DNA of 64,000 nt from Tubiluchus corallicola (lineage: Eukaryota; Animalia; Priapulida), in the NCBI GenBank assembly GCA_030141605.1, contig JAQGDQ010000990.1, positions 8,500-72,499 on the forward strand. The letters run 5' to 3'. A program made the translations under genes and the position numbers. Shown piece by piece: positions 1 to 13,029 of this stretch (positions are counted from its first letter, which is position 1; each line of letters begins with the position of its first letter). Under the pieces are notes generated by a model. It searched no databases. It was not told the DNA's origin and saw nothing but the letters and a program-made list of their open reading frames with translations.

Positions 1-93
1 TTGTGCGCTGCAGCAGTACCTGCTATCAGAAGTTTCTCTTGATTTTATTCTTTTATTGTTGTTGTTCTTGTTGTTATTGTTTGCATTTTTCAG

Positions 94-216
94 GTATAAC
101 AGAAGAATTAACAATTTACATGACTCTTTCATCCATTTGACCAATGTTGCCATTAACCAGTACAGTCCAACATATTATGAAAGGTTTACAAAAATCGGAG
201 AATCTGCGCACAAATG
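94..216 (+). CDS. TTLL4-like tubulin glutamylase, internal exon (first in window)
   Basis: ttttcag acceptor and gtag donor; translates YNRRINNLHDSFIHLTNVAINQYSPTYYERFTKIGESAHKW, matching the TTL-family HLTN..IN and (G)HKW motifs. Confidence 0.85.
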
Positions 217-341
217 GTAGGTCTTCCTTCTTTAGATACATTTAACTCAAAAATATGATAATGCTTTTCATAAACTTGCCATGGTCATAATCATAAATAA
301 GACAAAGTGATATTTAAATCTCAAAAAAAACTTTTATTTTT

Positions 342-378
342 CCAGAAGCTTTCGTCCTTCACTGACTTCATCAGCTCT
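342..378 (-). ncRNA. Degenerate minimal hammerhead ribozyme motif (mirror copy)
   Basis: Minus strand AG CTGATGA A GTC agtgaag GAC GAAA gc TT CT; core intact, stem I only 2 bp and stem II 3 bp. Confidence 0.5.
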
Positions 379-616
379 AAGATAGAGATATAAAAAAGGC
401 AAAAAAATTACAGATAAAACTGCATGTAAAGTGTAAGTATACAATGCCATTAAAATAAGGGATACAAAATTGTAATACTTCTTAATGAATTTTCAGCTTC
501 TTAAAATAAATGAGTTAAGAGATTCTTAATGAATTTCGTGTTGCCTATTTTAATGTCAGTGTATACTTATAATTTACATGTAGTTTTTATGATTCTTATT
601 ATTGTATCTTTACCTT

Positions 617-653
617 ACAGCTGACGAGGTCCGTGAAGGACGAAAGCTCCTGT
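617..653 (+). ncRNA. Minimal type I hammerhead ribozyme motif
   Basis: ACAG CTGACGA G GTCC gtgaa GGAC GAAA gc TC CTGT: stem I ACAG/CTGT, stem II GTCC/GGAC, palindromic AGCT helix III, UH site at 648-649. Confidence 0.7.
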
Positions 654-779
654 GAAAAATAAAAGTTTTTTTGAAATATGAAGCTCACTTAACTCACTTT
701 AAACTTCTTTTTAGTTGAAGTTAAGTGAAGTCGAAATTACAGAGTTTTTCCATTCTTTTATCCTTGTAAATTGTATTCG

Positions 780-995
780 ACCAGATGGTTTGGTCTAGTC
801 GTAACGCGTTCGCTCTCCGTATGGGAGGTCGTGAGTTCGATACAGCGGACGGGTCTTACAAAGACTTTAAAAATGGTACCTGCTGTTGCCGTGCCTGGCG
901 TGTGGTATTTAGGGTAAAAGTTTGATAATAATAGTGTCTGTTATGTAGTTGTAAGTTGTTGTTTATAGTCGGCTCAAAAGCTCTTCGGAGCATAT
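780..995 (+). mobile_element. tRNA-derived SINE
   Basis: A-box-like TGGTCTAGTCG and B-box GAGTTCGA in a tRNA-like head, then aaagactttaaaaatggtacctgctg..gcctggcg, which resembles the Meta/MESC central domain from memory; 3' end approximate. Confidence 0.65.
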
Positions 996-1030
996 GTTAA
1001 TTGTCGATCCAAATTTGATTTAAACAAAGA

Positions 1031-2101
<1,071 letters not shown>

Positions 2102-2953
2102 CTAGCAAAGGCCCCGCAAAAGATTTTGCGTATAAATACACGTGTAATCAATAATACGCAAACGTCCTACCAAGTCCTCATTTATAACACAAAGCCCGTA
2201 ACATCCTGCCTACTTACCTAACGCAAAGCAGCAGCGTTTACTCGTGCCTACTGTATGTTTATCTAACGCAAAGCCAGTAGCAGCTTTTTGCTGAATTAAA
2301 CTTATAGACAGAGTACAATGGATGACGTCAGCACAATGGAATGCGGTCAACACGCTTTTCTAAGCGAAAATTGCGAAAAATAGAACACGAATTAACTCGT
2401 CGATACTCCTCTCGGTGGACCTGCCCTAACATATAGCCCACATCATCGTGTAGCCCTGTCCTTCCTCTTTGTAAAGAGCTATATATCTCCTTCCGAGAGT
2501 CCCACCGGGCGCCGCTAGAACGTTTTTCCCGCATGCTGTTTGGTCAAAATTTCGAAAAAATCGCGAGTTGGGTCCGGGAAAACGCCCGTTGCGGGGCGCC
2601 GTGGCCCTCTCGGGAATTCTAAATATGCCTACTACACCCACCGCTGAACGGGCTATCTATCCATACCCAGCACCCCCCTCGGCCCGTTCCAGTTCTCTAC
2701 ATCTCAGCCGTATAACTTTTGCAAAAAACGGCCGAAAAAGGGCCATTTTTGGAGGTTTTTCGCCCCCCCCTCCTCCCGGTGGGCCCCATTCGAAAAATAA
2801 ACCATCAATGAGAAGACACTAGATCGAGACCTTTCGTTTGATATATAGATCGCCGCAAATGGTGCCCTCGTCCGGGCTGTAGCCTCGAATCTTATATATA
2901 TATATATATAAATAAATAAATTAAGCCCATACCAAGAATATTAATATAAGAGA
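2102..2953 (-). mobile_element. Non-autonomous Helitron copy 2 (head-to-tail with copy 1)
   Basis: Same TC head and hairpin-CTAG tail; exact CTAG|TC junction at 2102/2101. Confidence 0.8.
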
Positions 2954-4780
2954 CTAGCCAAACCCCACAAAAAGAATTTTGTGCACAAATCAACACAAAA
3001 CCCACACCACACCACTCCACCTCATCACACCACACCATACCACTCCACCACATCACACCGCACAGCACCACACCATAACACCACACTGCACCACACCACC
3101 CACCCACCTACACACCACACCACCCACACCATACCACTCCACCACATCACACCGCACCACACCATACCACCTACACACCACACCACCCACACCATACCAC
3201 TCCACCACATCACACCGCACAGCACCACACCATAACACCACACTGCACCACACCGCACAGCACCACACCATAACACCACACTGCACCACACCACCCACCC
3301 ACCTACACACCACACTGCACCACACCATACCGCTGCAGCACACCGCACCACCCACACACCACACCACCCACACCATACGACTCCACCACATCACACCACA
3401 CTGCACCACACCATACCACTGCACCGCACCACCCACACACCACACCACACCACCCACACCATAATACTCCACCACATCACATCACACAGCACAGCACCAC
3501 ACCATAACACCACACTGCACCACACCACCTACACACCACACCACCCACACCATACCACTCCACCACATCACACCACACCGCACCACAACATACCACTGCA
3601 GCACACCGCACGACCCACATACCACACCACACCAACCACACCATACGACTCCACCACATCACACCACACTGCACCACACCATACCACTGCACCACACCAC
3701 ACCGCACCACCCACACACCACACCACCCACACCATAATACTCCACCACATCACACCGCACTGCACCACACCATAACACCACACTGCACCACAACACCCAC
3801 CCACCCACACACCACGCCACCCACTCCATACCACACTACCCACACCACACCCCACACACCCTATCACCCCACCACACCATCCATAGCACAACACACAAAG
3901 CACACCACCACCACACCACATCAAATCCACCACCTCACGTGGTGATCATGATGTTGATGATGATGATGATGATGGTGGCAACGATGACAACACCTATAGC
4001 ACAAGCACCAACAGCACAGCATTACAACAAAACCATTCCAAACATTTTTCACAAAGTTGAAACTATGTGCTATAATATAATAAATAGCAAAGGCCCCGCA
4101 AAAGATTTTGCGTATAAATACACGTGTAATCAATAATACGCGAACATCCTACCTAGTCCACATTTATAACACAAAGCCCGTAACATCGTGCCTACAGTTT
4201 GTTTAACTAACGAAAGCAACGCTTTTTGCTGAATTAAAGCTATAAGATTACAGAACAGAATACAATGGATGACGTCACAACAATGCCTTTGCGTCAGCAA
4301 TTTTCTAAGCGAAAATTGCCGAAAATAGAACTCCTAATTAACTCGCCAAAACCCTCTCGGTGGACCTGCCCTAACAGCCCACATCATCGTTCTGCCCTCC
4401 TCTTTGCAAGAAAGCCACAATCTCCTCTGAGAGTCCCACTCAGCAGACCGCAGGCTTTGGCCAAATTTCGATGTGAGTTGGGTCCGCCTGTTGCGGGGGC
4501 CCCCTGCGCCCCTCGGAATTCTAAATATGCCTACTACACCCACCGCCGAACGGCTATCTATCCATACCTAGCACTCCTCGGCCAGTTCCGTTTTCTACTT
4601 AACTTTTGCAGAAAATAGCCGTTTTTTGAGGTTTTCGCCCCCCGTTCCTCCCGGTGGGCCCAATTCGAAAAATAAACCATCAATGACACGACACTAGATC
4701 GAGACCTTTCGTTTGATATATAGATCGCCGCAAATGGTGCCCTCGTCCGGGCTGTAGCCTCGAATCTTATATATATATAT
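2954..4780 (-). mobile_element. Composite Helitron: core unit with CTAT end plus CACAC-repeat module with a second terminator
   Basis: Core 4084-4770 has CTAG mutated to CTAT; 2954-2990 carries the variant hairpin CACAAAA..TTTTGTG-GGGTTTGG-CTAG. Confidence 0.7.
3000..3925. repeat. Complex (CACAC/CACCA)n low-complexity array
   Basis: Directly visible; mirrored at 5515-6175. Confidence 0.95.
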
Positions 4781-6216
4781 ACGGCTGAGATGTAGAGAAC
4801 GGGAACGGGCCGAGGGGGAGTGCTGGGTATGGATAGATAGCCCGTTCAGCGGTGGGTGTCATAGGCCTATTTTGAATTCGCGAGAGGGCCACGGTGTCCC
4901 GCAACGGGCGTTTTCCCGGACCCAACTCGCGATTTTTTCGAAATTTTGACCAAACAGCATGCGGGAAAAACGTTCTAGCGTCGCCCGGTGGGTCTCTCGA
5001 AAGAAGATATGGGGCTCTTTAGAAAGAGGAAGGACAGGGCTAGACGATGGTGTGGGCTATATGTTAGGACAGGTCCACCGAAAGGAGTACTGGTGAGTTA
5101 ATTAGATGTTCTATTTTTCGCAATTTTCGCTTAGAAAACTGCTGACGCAAAGGCATTGTTGTGACGTCATCCATTGTATTCTGTCTATAATCTTATAGCT
5201 TTAATTCAGCAAAAAGCTGCTACAGGCTTTGCGTTAGTTAAACAAACTGTAGGCATGATGTTACGGGCTTTGCGTTATAAATGAGGACTAGGTAGGATGT
5301 TCGCGTATTATTGATTATACGTGGTTTTTTACACAAAATCTTTTGCGGGGCCTTTGCTATTTATTATATTATAGCACATAGTTTCAACTTTGTGAAAAAT
5401 GTTTGGAATGGTTTTGTTGTAATGCTGTGCTGTTGATGCTTGTGCTATAGGTGTCATCATCGTTGCCACCATCATCATCATCATCAACATCATGATCACC
5501 ACGTGAGGTGGTGGATTTGATGTGGTGTGGTGGTGGTGTGCTTTGTGTGTTGTGCTATGGATGGTGTGGTGGGGTGATAGGGTGTGTGGGGTGTGGTGTG
5601 GGTAGTGTGGTATGGAGTGGGTGGCGTGGTGTGTGGGTGGGTGTTGTGGTGCAGTGTGGTGTTATGGTGTGGTGTGATGTGGTGGAGCATTATGGTGTGG
5701 GTGGTGTGGTGTGGTGTGTGGGTGGTGCGGTGTGGTGCAGTGGTATGGTGTGGTGCAGTGTGGTGTGATGTGGTGGAGTCGTATGGTGTGGGTGGTGTGG
5801 TGTGTGTGTTGGTGGTGCGGTGTGCTGCAGTGGTATGGTGTGGTGTGATGTGGTGGAGTGGTATGGTGTGGTGCAGTGTGGTGTTATGGTGTGGTGCTGT
5901 GCGGTGTGATGTGGTGGCGTATTATGGTGCGGGTGGTGTGGTGTGTGGGTGGTGCAGTGGTATTGTGTGGTGCAGTCTGGTGGAGTGGTATGGTGTGGGT
6001 GGTGTGGTGTGGTGCAGTGTGGTGTTAGGGTGTGGTGCTGTGAGGTGTGATGTGGTGGAGTATTATGGTGTGGGTGGTGCAGTGGTATGGTGTGGTGCAG
6101 TGTGGTGTGATGTGGTGGAGTGGTATGGTGTGGGTGGTGTGGTGTGATGAGGTGGAGTGGTGTGGTGTGGGTTGTGTGTTGATTTGTGCACAAAATTCTT
6201 TTTGTGGGGTTTGGCT
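4781..6216 (+). mobile_element. Inverted copy of the composite Helitron (5'-truncated)
   Basis: Reverse complement of the left arm: CTAT end at 5357-5360, GTGTG array, variant terminator at 6189-6216 lacking the final AG. Confidence 0.75.
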
Positions 6217-7009
6217 TCTCTTATATTAATATTCTTGGTATGGGCTTAATATATAAGATTCGAGGCTACAGCCCGGACGAGGGCACCATTTGCGGCGATC
6301 TATACATCAAACGAAAGGTCTCGACCTAGTGTCGTCTCATTGGGGGCTTATTTTTCGAATCGGGCCCACCGGGAGGAACGGGGGGCAAAAAACCTCCAAA
6401 AATGGCCATTTTTCGGCCGTTTTTTGCAAAAGTTATACGCCTGAGATGTAGAGAACGGGAATGGGCCGAGGGTGGTGCTGGGTATGGATAGATAGCCCGT
6501 TCAGCGATGGGTGTCATAGGCCTATTTAGAATTCGCGAGAGGGCCACGGCGCCCCGCAACGGGCGTTTTTCCGGACCCAACTCGCGATTTTTTCGAAATT
6601 TTGACCAAACAGCCTGCGGGAAAAACGTTCTAGCGGCGCCCGGTGGGATTCTCGGAAGGAGATATATAGCTCTTTACAAAGAGGAAGGACAGGGCTACAC
6701 GATGATGTGGACTATATGTTAGGGCAGGTCCACCGAGAGGAGTATCAACGAGTTAGTTAGGAGTTCTATTTTCGGCAATTTTCGCTTAGAAAACTGTTGA
6801 CGCAAAGGCATTGTTGTGACGTCATCCATTGTACTCTACTCTGCTTATAACTTTAATTCAGCAAAAAGCTACAGGCTTTGCGTTAGTTAAACAAACAGTA
6901 GGCATGATGTTAAGGGCTTTGTGTTATAAATGAGGACTAGGTAGGATGTTCGCGTATTATTGATTATACGTGGTTTTTTACACAAAATCTTTTGCGGGGC
7001 CTTTGCTAG
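6217..7009 (+). mobile_element. Non-autonomous Helitron copy (plus strand)
   Basis: TCTCTTATATTAATATT head at 6217; hairpin plus CTAG at 7006-7009 followed by T and (TTA)n. Confidence 0.8.
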
Positions 7010-7106
7010 TTATCTATTATTATTATTATTATTATCTATTATTATGTGGGGTTTGGCTAGTTATTATTATTATTATTATTGTTGTTGTCATTATTATTAT
7101 TATTAA

Positions 7107-7145
<39 letters not shown>

Positions 7146-7187
7146 GATCATCGTCATTGAGGTCTAGAATTTTAAGTGTATTTTTAG

Positions 7188-7286
7188 GAGTTTGAAAACT
7201 TTATGGCGCTACCTTGAATCTCGAGGCATTCGTACGGGCGTTGTTGTGGAAGAAATTAAGGACCTCATTATAAAACATTTTTTAAG
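7188..7286 (+). CDS. TTLL4-like exon
   Basis: AG/GT bounded, phase fits; (W)SLKTLWRYLESRGIRTGVVVEEIKDLIIKHFL parallels TTLL4 WALKALWNYLSQKG...KIKDVVVK. Confidence 0.85.
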
Positions 7287-7932
7287 GTAATTATTATGCA
7301 ACTGGGTAACCAGGACAGATTGAAACTATTAGACTTTCTGCAACTGTTGAATCGATTAGGTCGTGCTAATGCACATGTGCAGTAGGAAACTGGCAAGAGA
7401 CTTTTGTATGACTGCAGACTTTGCAAGGAACATTCTGAAGACTACAATGTGTCGTTGCTGCACATGCAAAGAGGAGCACAGTTGCAGTAGGTCAAAGGTT
7501 AAGTGCCGTCACAGCAACGCATCTTAACTACAACCATCACGTGACATGTGGGTAAAGCAATTGCCGTCTGTCGCTTCAGTTCAGTAAGTTCAGCTGTTTT
7601 ACGTGGACTTTACTTAATTATCCATTAGTCTGTGAGTAGAGTGCTTTACTAGCAGGATCTTGCTTGGGAACAGGAAAAAGAACTAGGTAAGGTCTTAGCT
7701 AGCTGTTAAATCTGTTACTATGACAACAGCTTGGGCTGCGAGCCGTTGTCAAGTGTACACAAATGCGTTTTCTGGTACACTTAACCTTTGACCTTTTAGA
7801 TCATCATTAATCGCAGGAGCTGTGAAAAGGCTTATTGACAATTAACAATTTTCACAATTAATACTTGTTTTTCTAGTAAAGATTGGGGTATCTCATGCAA
7901 GTGTTTTTATCTCAGCACCATTTGCCTTACAG

Positions 7933-8064
7933 CGCAGAATCTGAAATTCATCACTTGACCAACACTTACGCAAGAAACACTTCCTGTTATGCACATTACG
8001 GATATGACATCATGTTGGACCACAAACTGAAACCATTACTACTGGAGGTTAATCCAAAACCTGG
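7933..8064 (+). CDS. TTLL4-like exon (catalytic ATP-grasp motifs)
   Basis: SAESEIHHLTNTYARNTSCYAHYGYDIMLDHKLKPLLLEVNPKPG contains GxDxxLD..LKP.LLEVN. Confidence 0.9.
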
Positions 8065-8510
8065 GTATTAATAAAATTTCAATTCTTATCTTAGAAAACA
8101 AAATAATTTATGGCTGAGTTAAAGTGAAAAAGCGATTAAAATTTTGAATTTGTTTTACGAGAGGGTCAAAATGGGTTCAATTCCCGTCTGGGAAGTTTCA
8201 TTTGTCATACCGAATCTGGCTGTTTGAACCTTACAGATGGAGGACGTATATAGTCCCTACGTAACTAAGAAACACTCACCTGTTCAGTGGTTCATCTTAG
8301 ATGGTTATACTTGATAAAGAGTCAGATTATCGTCTCAGCATCCACATTGAAAAGGCCCTGCTAGTGAATACTAGATGAGAACTTGCAGTTTGTCCAAATG
8401 CAAAAAATGAAAATATTTAAGAAATGTTTTACATACGAAACGATAAAATAATTATTTAGAACTGTTCTTAGTGTGAGAATATATTCATTATCATTGTCTT
8501 TTTACTTTAG

Positions 8511-8612
8511 GTTCAGTCGAACTAGTATGAATTATCTTGTGCCCCGAGATGTTTTTAACCTTGCGGGTTATAAGGTACCAACACGTTTGCCTGAACCCTC
8601 AACAGGGCTGAG
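8511..8612 (+). CDS. TTLL4-like exon
   Basis: AG/GTAAGT bounded; FSRTSMNYLVPRDVFNLAGYKVP parallels TTLL4 RDLLNLAGF. Confidence 0.8.
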
Positions 8613-9629
8613 GTAAGTACTAACAGGTGTGATATGAAAGGTTTCTGTTTCTGCTTAGCCTCTACCTGGTGATACATTACTCTAAATATAAAAGCATGCA
8701 AATTATTTTTCATCAAATTGAATGCAGTAGTACTCATTACTTGCTGCAGCAGGTACCTGCAATTTTCACCTGCGTTCTAAAGGGTGTTTCAAAAGACACA
8801 GCGTAATAACAAGTGTTACACCACAGAAAGTTGAACAAGTGTAATGGCACTGTAATAGCACTGTAATAGCACGTAAAAGCATTAGCAAGGTATACGAAAG
8901 GCAGTAAGTTTGTTTTATAACATTTTTCACATTTGCAGTGCACTTTTTGGATCACCCTTCACTTCTTCACCTCCTAAAATCATACTTGCAAAAAGTCAAG
9001 TGCAGTTTTTGTAAAAAAAACATAACATTGCTGACATGTCATTTTGTATTATGAATATGCACAAAACTGCAAAATCACTACTACAGCTCTGTTGTAATTA
9101 GGCCAAAGTTTCAATGCTATAAACCTTGAGTCAGCCATTTGTAATTCAGGTGCAAAGCAAGGGGGATTCTTGGCACCAGAAATTTTTTCATCTCTCATTG
9201 CTTTGACATGAACTTGAAGATGACATCTTATTTCAATATAGGCTTGTTGAAAACAGTATTAACAGTTGCAGGGGATTTGAACTTAAAATCTTAAGATTGT
9301 CTGTGGATGTTTTATGTTAGTGGTTCTTAAACTGGGACACGAGTACATCTTGGAGGTACGAAACAGCTAAGCTAGGGGTACACGAAAGTTGTGTCGTGAA
9401 ACACATCAGAATGTTCTTTTTTGCCTTACAGCGTACACGTACGGAGTACGAATTTTACGGGAGTAACGGCCTCGAGGTATGAGGAAAGAGTTACAAGATT
9501 AAATCTTTAGACATCATCTTTAGTTTGTATTTTGGAACGTCATTGTTTTTGCGACACTGTAGCGTTTTTTGGGTAATTCACTGCGCACTGCCTGGCATTA
9601 TAACGGGGTTAATTTATTATGTAAAATAG

Positions 9630-9997
9630 GCGTTTGGCACAACATATGTGTAAGCGGAAGGAAAGGTTGTGTGTTTGGCACAACATATGTGTAAGCGGAA
9701 GGAAAGGTTGTGTGTTTGGCACGACATATGTGTAAGCAGAAGGTAAGGCTGTGTGTTTGGCACGACATATGTGTAAGCGGAAGGAAAGGTTGTGCGTTTG
9801 GCACGACATATGTGTAAGCGGAAGGAAAGGTTGTGTGTTTGGCACGACATATGTGTAAGCAGAAGGTAAGGTTGTGTGTTTGGCACGACATATGTGTAAG
9901 CAGAAGGTAAGGTTGTGTGTTTGGCACGACATATGTGTAAGCAGAAGGTAAGGTTGTGTGTTTGGCACGACATATGTGTAAGCGGAAGGTAAGGTTG
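9630..9997. repeat. 41-bp tandem minisatellite, about 9 copies
   Basis: Unit gtgtttggcacgacatatgtgtaagc(g/a)gaagg(a/t)aaggttgt, contiguous. Confidence 0.95.
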
Positions 9998-10621
9998 GTG
10001 GTTTTCGGAAAAATCTGCTTCAACAAGGCGGCCATTGAGGCTACTTCACAGTTTGACTTCTGATTTGACATCCGAATGTCTTTTTCTTGCATTTTGTTCT
10101 TGAGTTTGGAAATGTGTAAATTAAAAATAAGGGCTTTTAAGAAGAAGTATCAGTAGAGAGAATACTACACGTAAATAAACGTGTAAATTGAAAATAAGGG
10201 CTTTTTTTCTTATTTTGTTTGTTTTCAAAATTAAATTATAGTCTAACAGAACTTTGCAATAGTCGTAGAAAATGTTTTCTTCAAACTTTTATTGTCAAAA
10301 AACGTTAAGTGGTACGTGACAGATCGCTGAATGGCACTTGGTTAGTAAACGATGATATATGATGATAATCTATACTGTTGAGTAAAAATTAACAAATTTA
10401 CACAAGCAAAGCCACGAGGACGTAGTGTCATGTCAGGTCTGGGCTTGGTGAAATAACCAAAACGGACTATGTAGATTAAATTAATAATAGTCCATAGTTA
10501 TAGGTGATATTTGTAACGTTATAAAAACTAACTTTAAGTAGAGATTGAGGTGTGACGACATCTTCACTCACCACAATTTTCTCGCTTGTACCTTACTGTT
10601 CATATTCAGTACGTTTTTCAG

Positions 10622-10742
10622 GGAATTCTTCCTGCAGGAAAACGAAGAGGGAGAAATCAGTTCAACTTCTCTGCGAGATTCTCGTCTTACTGAGGATGAA
10701 AAGGCAAAGCGCCTCTACTTCACTACCAGAACGTCAGAAGAG
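10622..10742 (+). CDS. TTLL4-like exon
   Basis: ttttcag/gtaact, phase fits neighbours; EFFLQENEEGEISSTSLRDSRLTEDEKAKRLYFTTRTSEE. Confidence 0.75.
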
Positions 10743-10889
10743 GTAACTTTTGGGAGTAAACCTTGCTCTTTGAGGCAGGCCCTTTCTAAATACGATCATT
10801 TGACCATTCACAACGTGACCATTTTTAACCCAGTGTGGAATAGGATGATAATGTTCCTTCGTGTATTAGAATTATTTGTTTCTGTCTAG

Positions 10890-11100
10890 GAAATAACAGA
10901 GCGTATTCTAGAAGTGCTCACACCAGCTGATGTACGTGAGCTGGTAGAAGTAGAAGATGAGTATCAGAGACGTGGAAGCTTCCAGCGGATCTTTCCCAGT
11001 CCAACTTCTCACAAATATTTGAAATATTTTGAGAAAAAACGTTACAGTAATTTACTCGTTGATGCCTGGACCAGAAAATATCACAATAATCCTGAGGAAG
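10890..11100 (+). CDS. TTLL4-like exon
   Basis: EITERILEVLTPADVRELVEVEDEYQRRGSFQRIFPS..KYLKYFEKKRYSNLL parallels TTLL4 LTPDDVRILVEMEDEFSRRGQFERIFP. Confidence 0.92.
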
Positions 11101-11105
11101 GTAAG

Positions 11106-11107
<2 letters not shown>

Positions 11108-11165
<58 letters not shown>

Positions 11166-11482
11166 CAACATAACAACAACGACAATGACAACGACAACAA
11201 CAATAATATAATAATAATAATAGTAATAAGAATAACAATAACAATAATAATAACAACAACAACACCAACAATAATAATAATAAGAAGAAAATTAATAATG
11301 ATAATAATAATAATAACAATAATAATAATAATGATAATAATACTAATAATGATAAAGATAATGATAATGGTAATGATAATGATAATGATAACGATAACGA
11401 TAACGATAACGATAACGATAACGATAACGATAACGATAACGATAATGATAATAATAATAATAACAATAATAATAATAATAAT
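11108..11482. repeat. Compound (AAT)n/(AAC)n/(GATAAC)n microsatellite
   Basis: Directly visible. Confidence 0.95.
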
Positions 11483-11933
11483 CGGAATTTTTGTAATTCT
11501 GTTTACCTTTATTTTACTTAATGCAATTCGGCATGCTTAAAGCTAGAATTCAATAGTTAGCGGCAGTGCTTACTTGACCAGGCACCTCCTATTACAGTGG
11601 ACATGTCTTATCTTACATAAGGATGTTATATTCTTAGCCGGCAGTGCATAGAGATGTCAAGAAATTATGTTTCTAATAAGATAGGCCATATTTTTTTCCT
11701 TCCAATGAACTATTCAAAAGTAATATATAATGTTTTAATAGTACTTTTTATTGTCGTCGTCATCGTTAATGTCAAGATTTATGCAATCGTCATCATCTTC
11801 ATTCTGTGAAATGTAAGACTAGATGTTGATGTCGGTCAATCAATCGTCTAGTTCAGCTTAGTGAGGCTGCACTTTAATGATCGATGAAATTTACTTAGAG
11901 ATCTACTACAAAAACATTCTTGTAATTTTCTAG

Positions 11934-12064
11934 GTTGGAAGGTTCTGGAAACACTTCTCAAAGAGCAGCGCCACCTACACAATTCTCAAGTGAATCAATA
12001 TTGGAATGGCAGCGTTGAATGTGTTTCGTGTGAATCTTCTTTAAAATGTGCCAAAGACTGCTGA
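11934..12064 (+). CDS. TTLL4-like probable terminal coding exon
   Basis: ttttctag acceptor, phase fits; (G)WKVLETLLKEQRHLHNSQVNQYWNGSVECVSCESSLKCAKDC-stop. Confidence 0.7.
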
Positions 12065-13029
12065 TATTCATTTTCATTCTGTTTAAAGGGGGAAGAAAAT
12101 GGAATTTAAAAGTATATCCATGCAAAGTTACGCTTAGCTGTTGGAAACTTATGTTCGACTTATGTAACTAGAAAAGATAATTCTTGATAATTTAAAATGC
12201 CCGTATATTAAAGATATACTGGAAAACGTCACTGTGACACTATCCCAACATGCACCAAAATACATTGTTAAACTTATGGACAAGATACAGTAATTCGTAT
12301 TTTTGCTTAGTTAGTGTCGTGTACGCAACGAATGCTCTGATTATTTTTTAAAACTTTACGCAATGTTATCTAGGCTTCATATCGACTAACCGTCAAAATA
12401 GCTGCTCTTAATGATCAACTGAGTTTAAATTTACATTGCTTTCACAGTGTTTTGCTAATCGAAACTTTGCGTGCAATAAGACAGCATGTCAGGTGATGCG
12501 AAATTTTTTAAGGTTTATTTATGAAGATTGTTTTTTTCGCTTGTCTTTTTGGTATTCGTATTTATTCTATCTTAAACTCTTTCGCTCTCATAATCGTTTT
12601 TCCGTTTCAGTAAAGTAAAACACGTAACCATCATGCTTTTACATAAAAATAAAATAAAAAATATTCTAGACCGGAAGTAGAGCTCAATGTTAGCGTGCAT
12701 TCCTTCCGGTTGTTGGTTCAATTCTGGTATAGCCATACCAAAGACAAGAAAAGTTACTGCTGGTTCATTATACAGACATGCAGGTTGTATGAGATAATAT
12801 GCGGGTAATAATAGTCGCGTTGGAAACATGTATCCCTTGTTGTTGTTGTTGTTGTGGTTGTTGTTGTCGTTGTCGTTGTCGTTATGTTAGTTTGTTATGT
12901 CAATAGCTGAGCACGCCCGCCGTTAAACAAGAGTTTAATCTATTATTTTGATTATCAGAAACGGTTTTGCAGTATTAATTGTGTTAAAATGTATTCTTTT
13001 TACCTTACTTGAAAATGGGGTAGTATGGC

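Larger units (their letters stand above)
322..672. mobile_element. Foldback (inverted repeat) element, Penelope-like pLTR relic with hammerhead motifs
   Basis: Arms ~322-460 and ~544-672 are imperfect reverse complements; each carries CTGANGA-stem-GAAAGCT(C/T) followed by AATAAA. Confidence 0.7.

Noticed and set aside
785-850. tRNA gene
   Set aside because: Has A/B boxes but no clean acceptor stem and runs into a SINE-like body
2979-3933. His/Thr/Pro-rich or Trp/Cys/Val-rich proteins
   Set aside because: All frames are open only because of the CACAC array
9630-9997. CRISPR-like array (also 27770-28005, 29990-30304, 48830-49180)
   Set aside because: Contiguous tandem units with no unique spacers, no cas genes, eukaryotic context
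10914-11540. 208-aa ORF as a single gene
   Set aside because: Only 10890-11100 is exon; the rest is intronic microsatellite after a GTAAG donor
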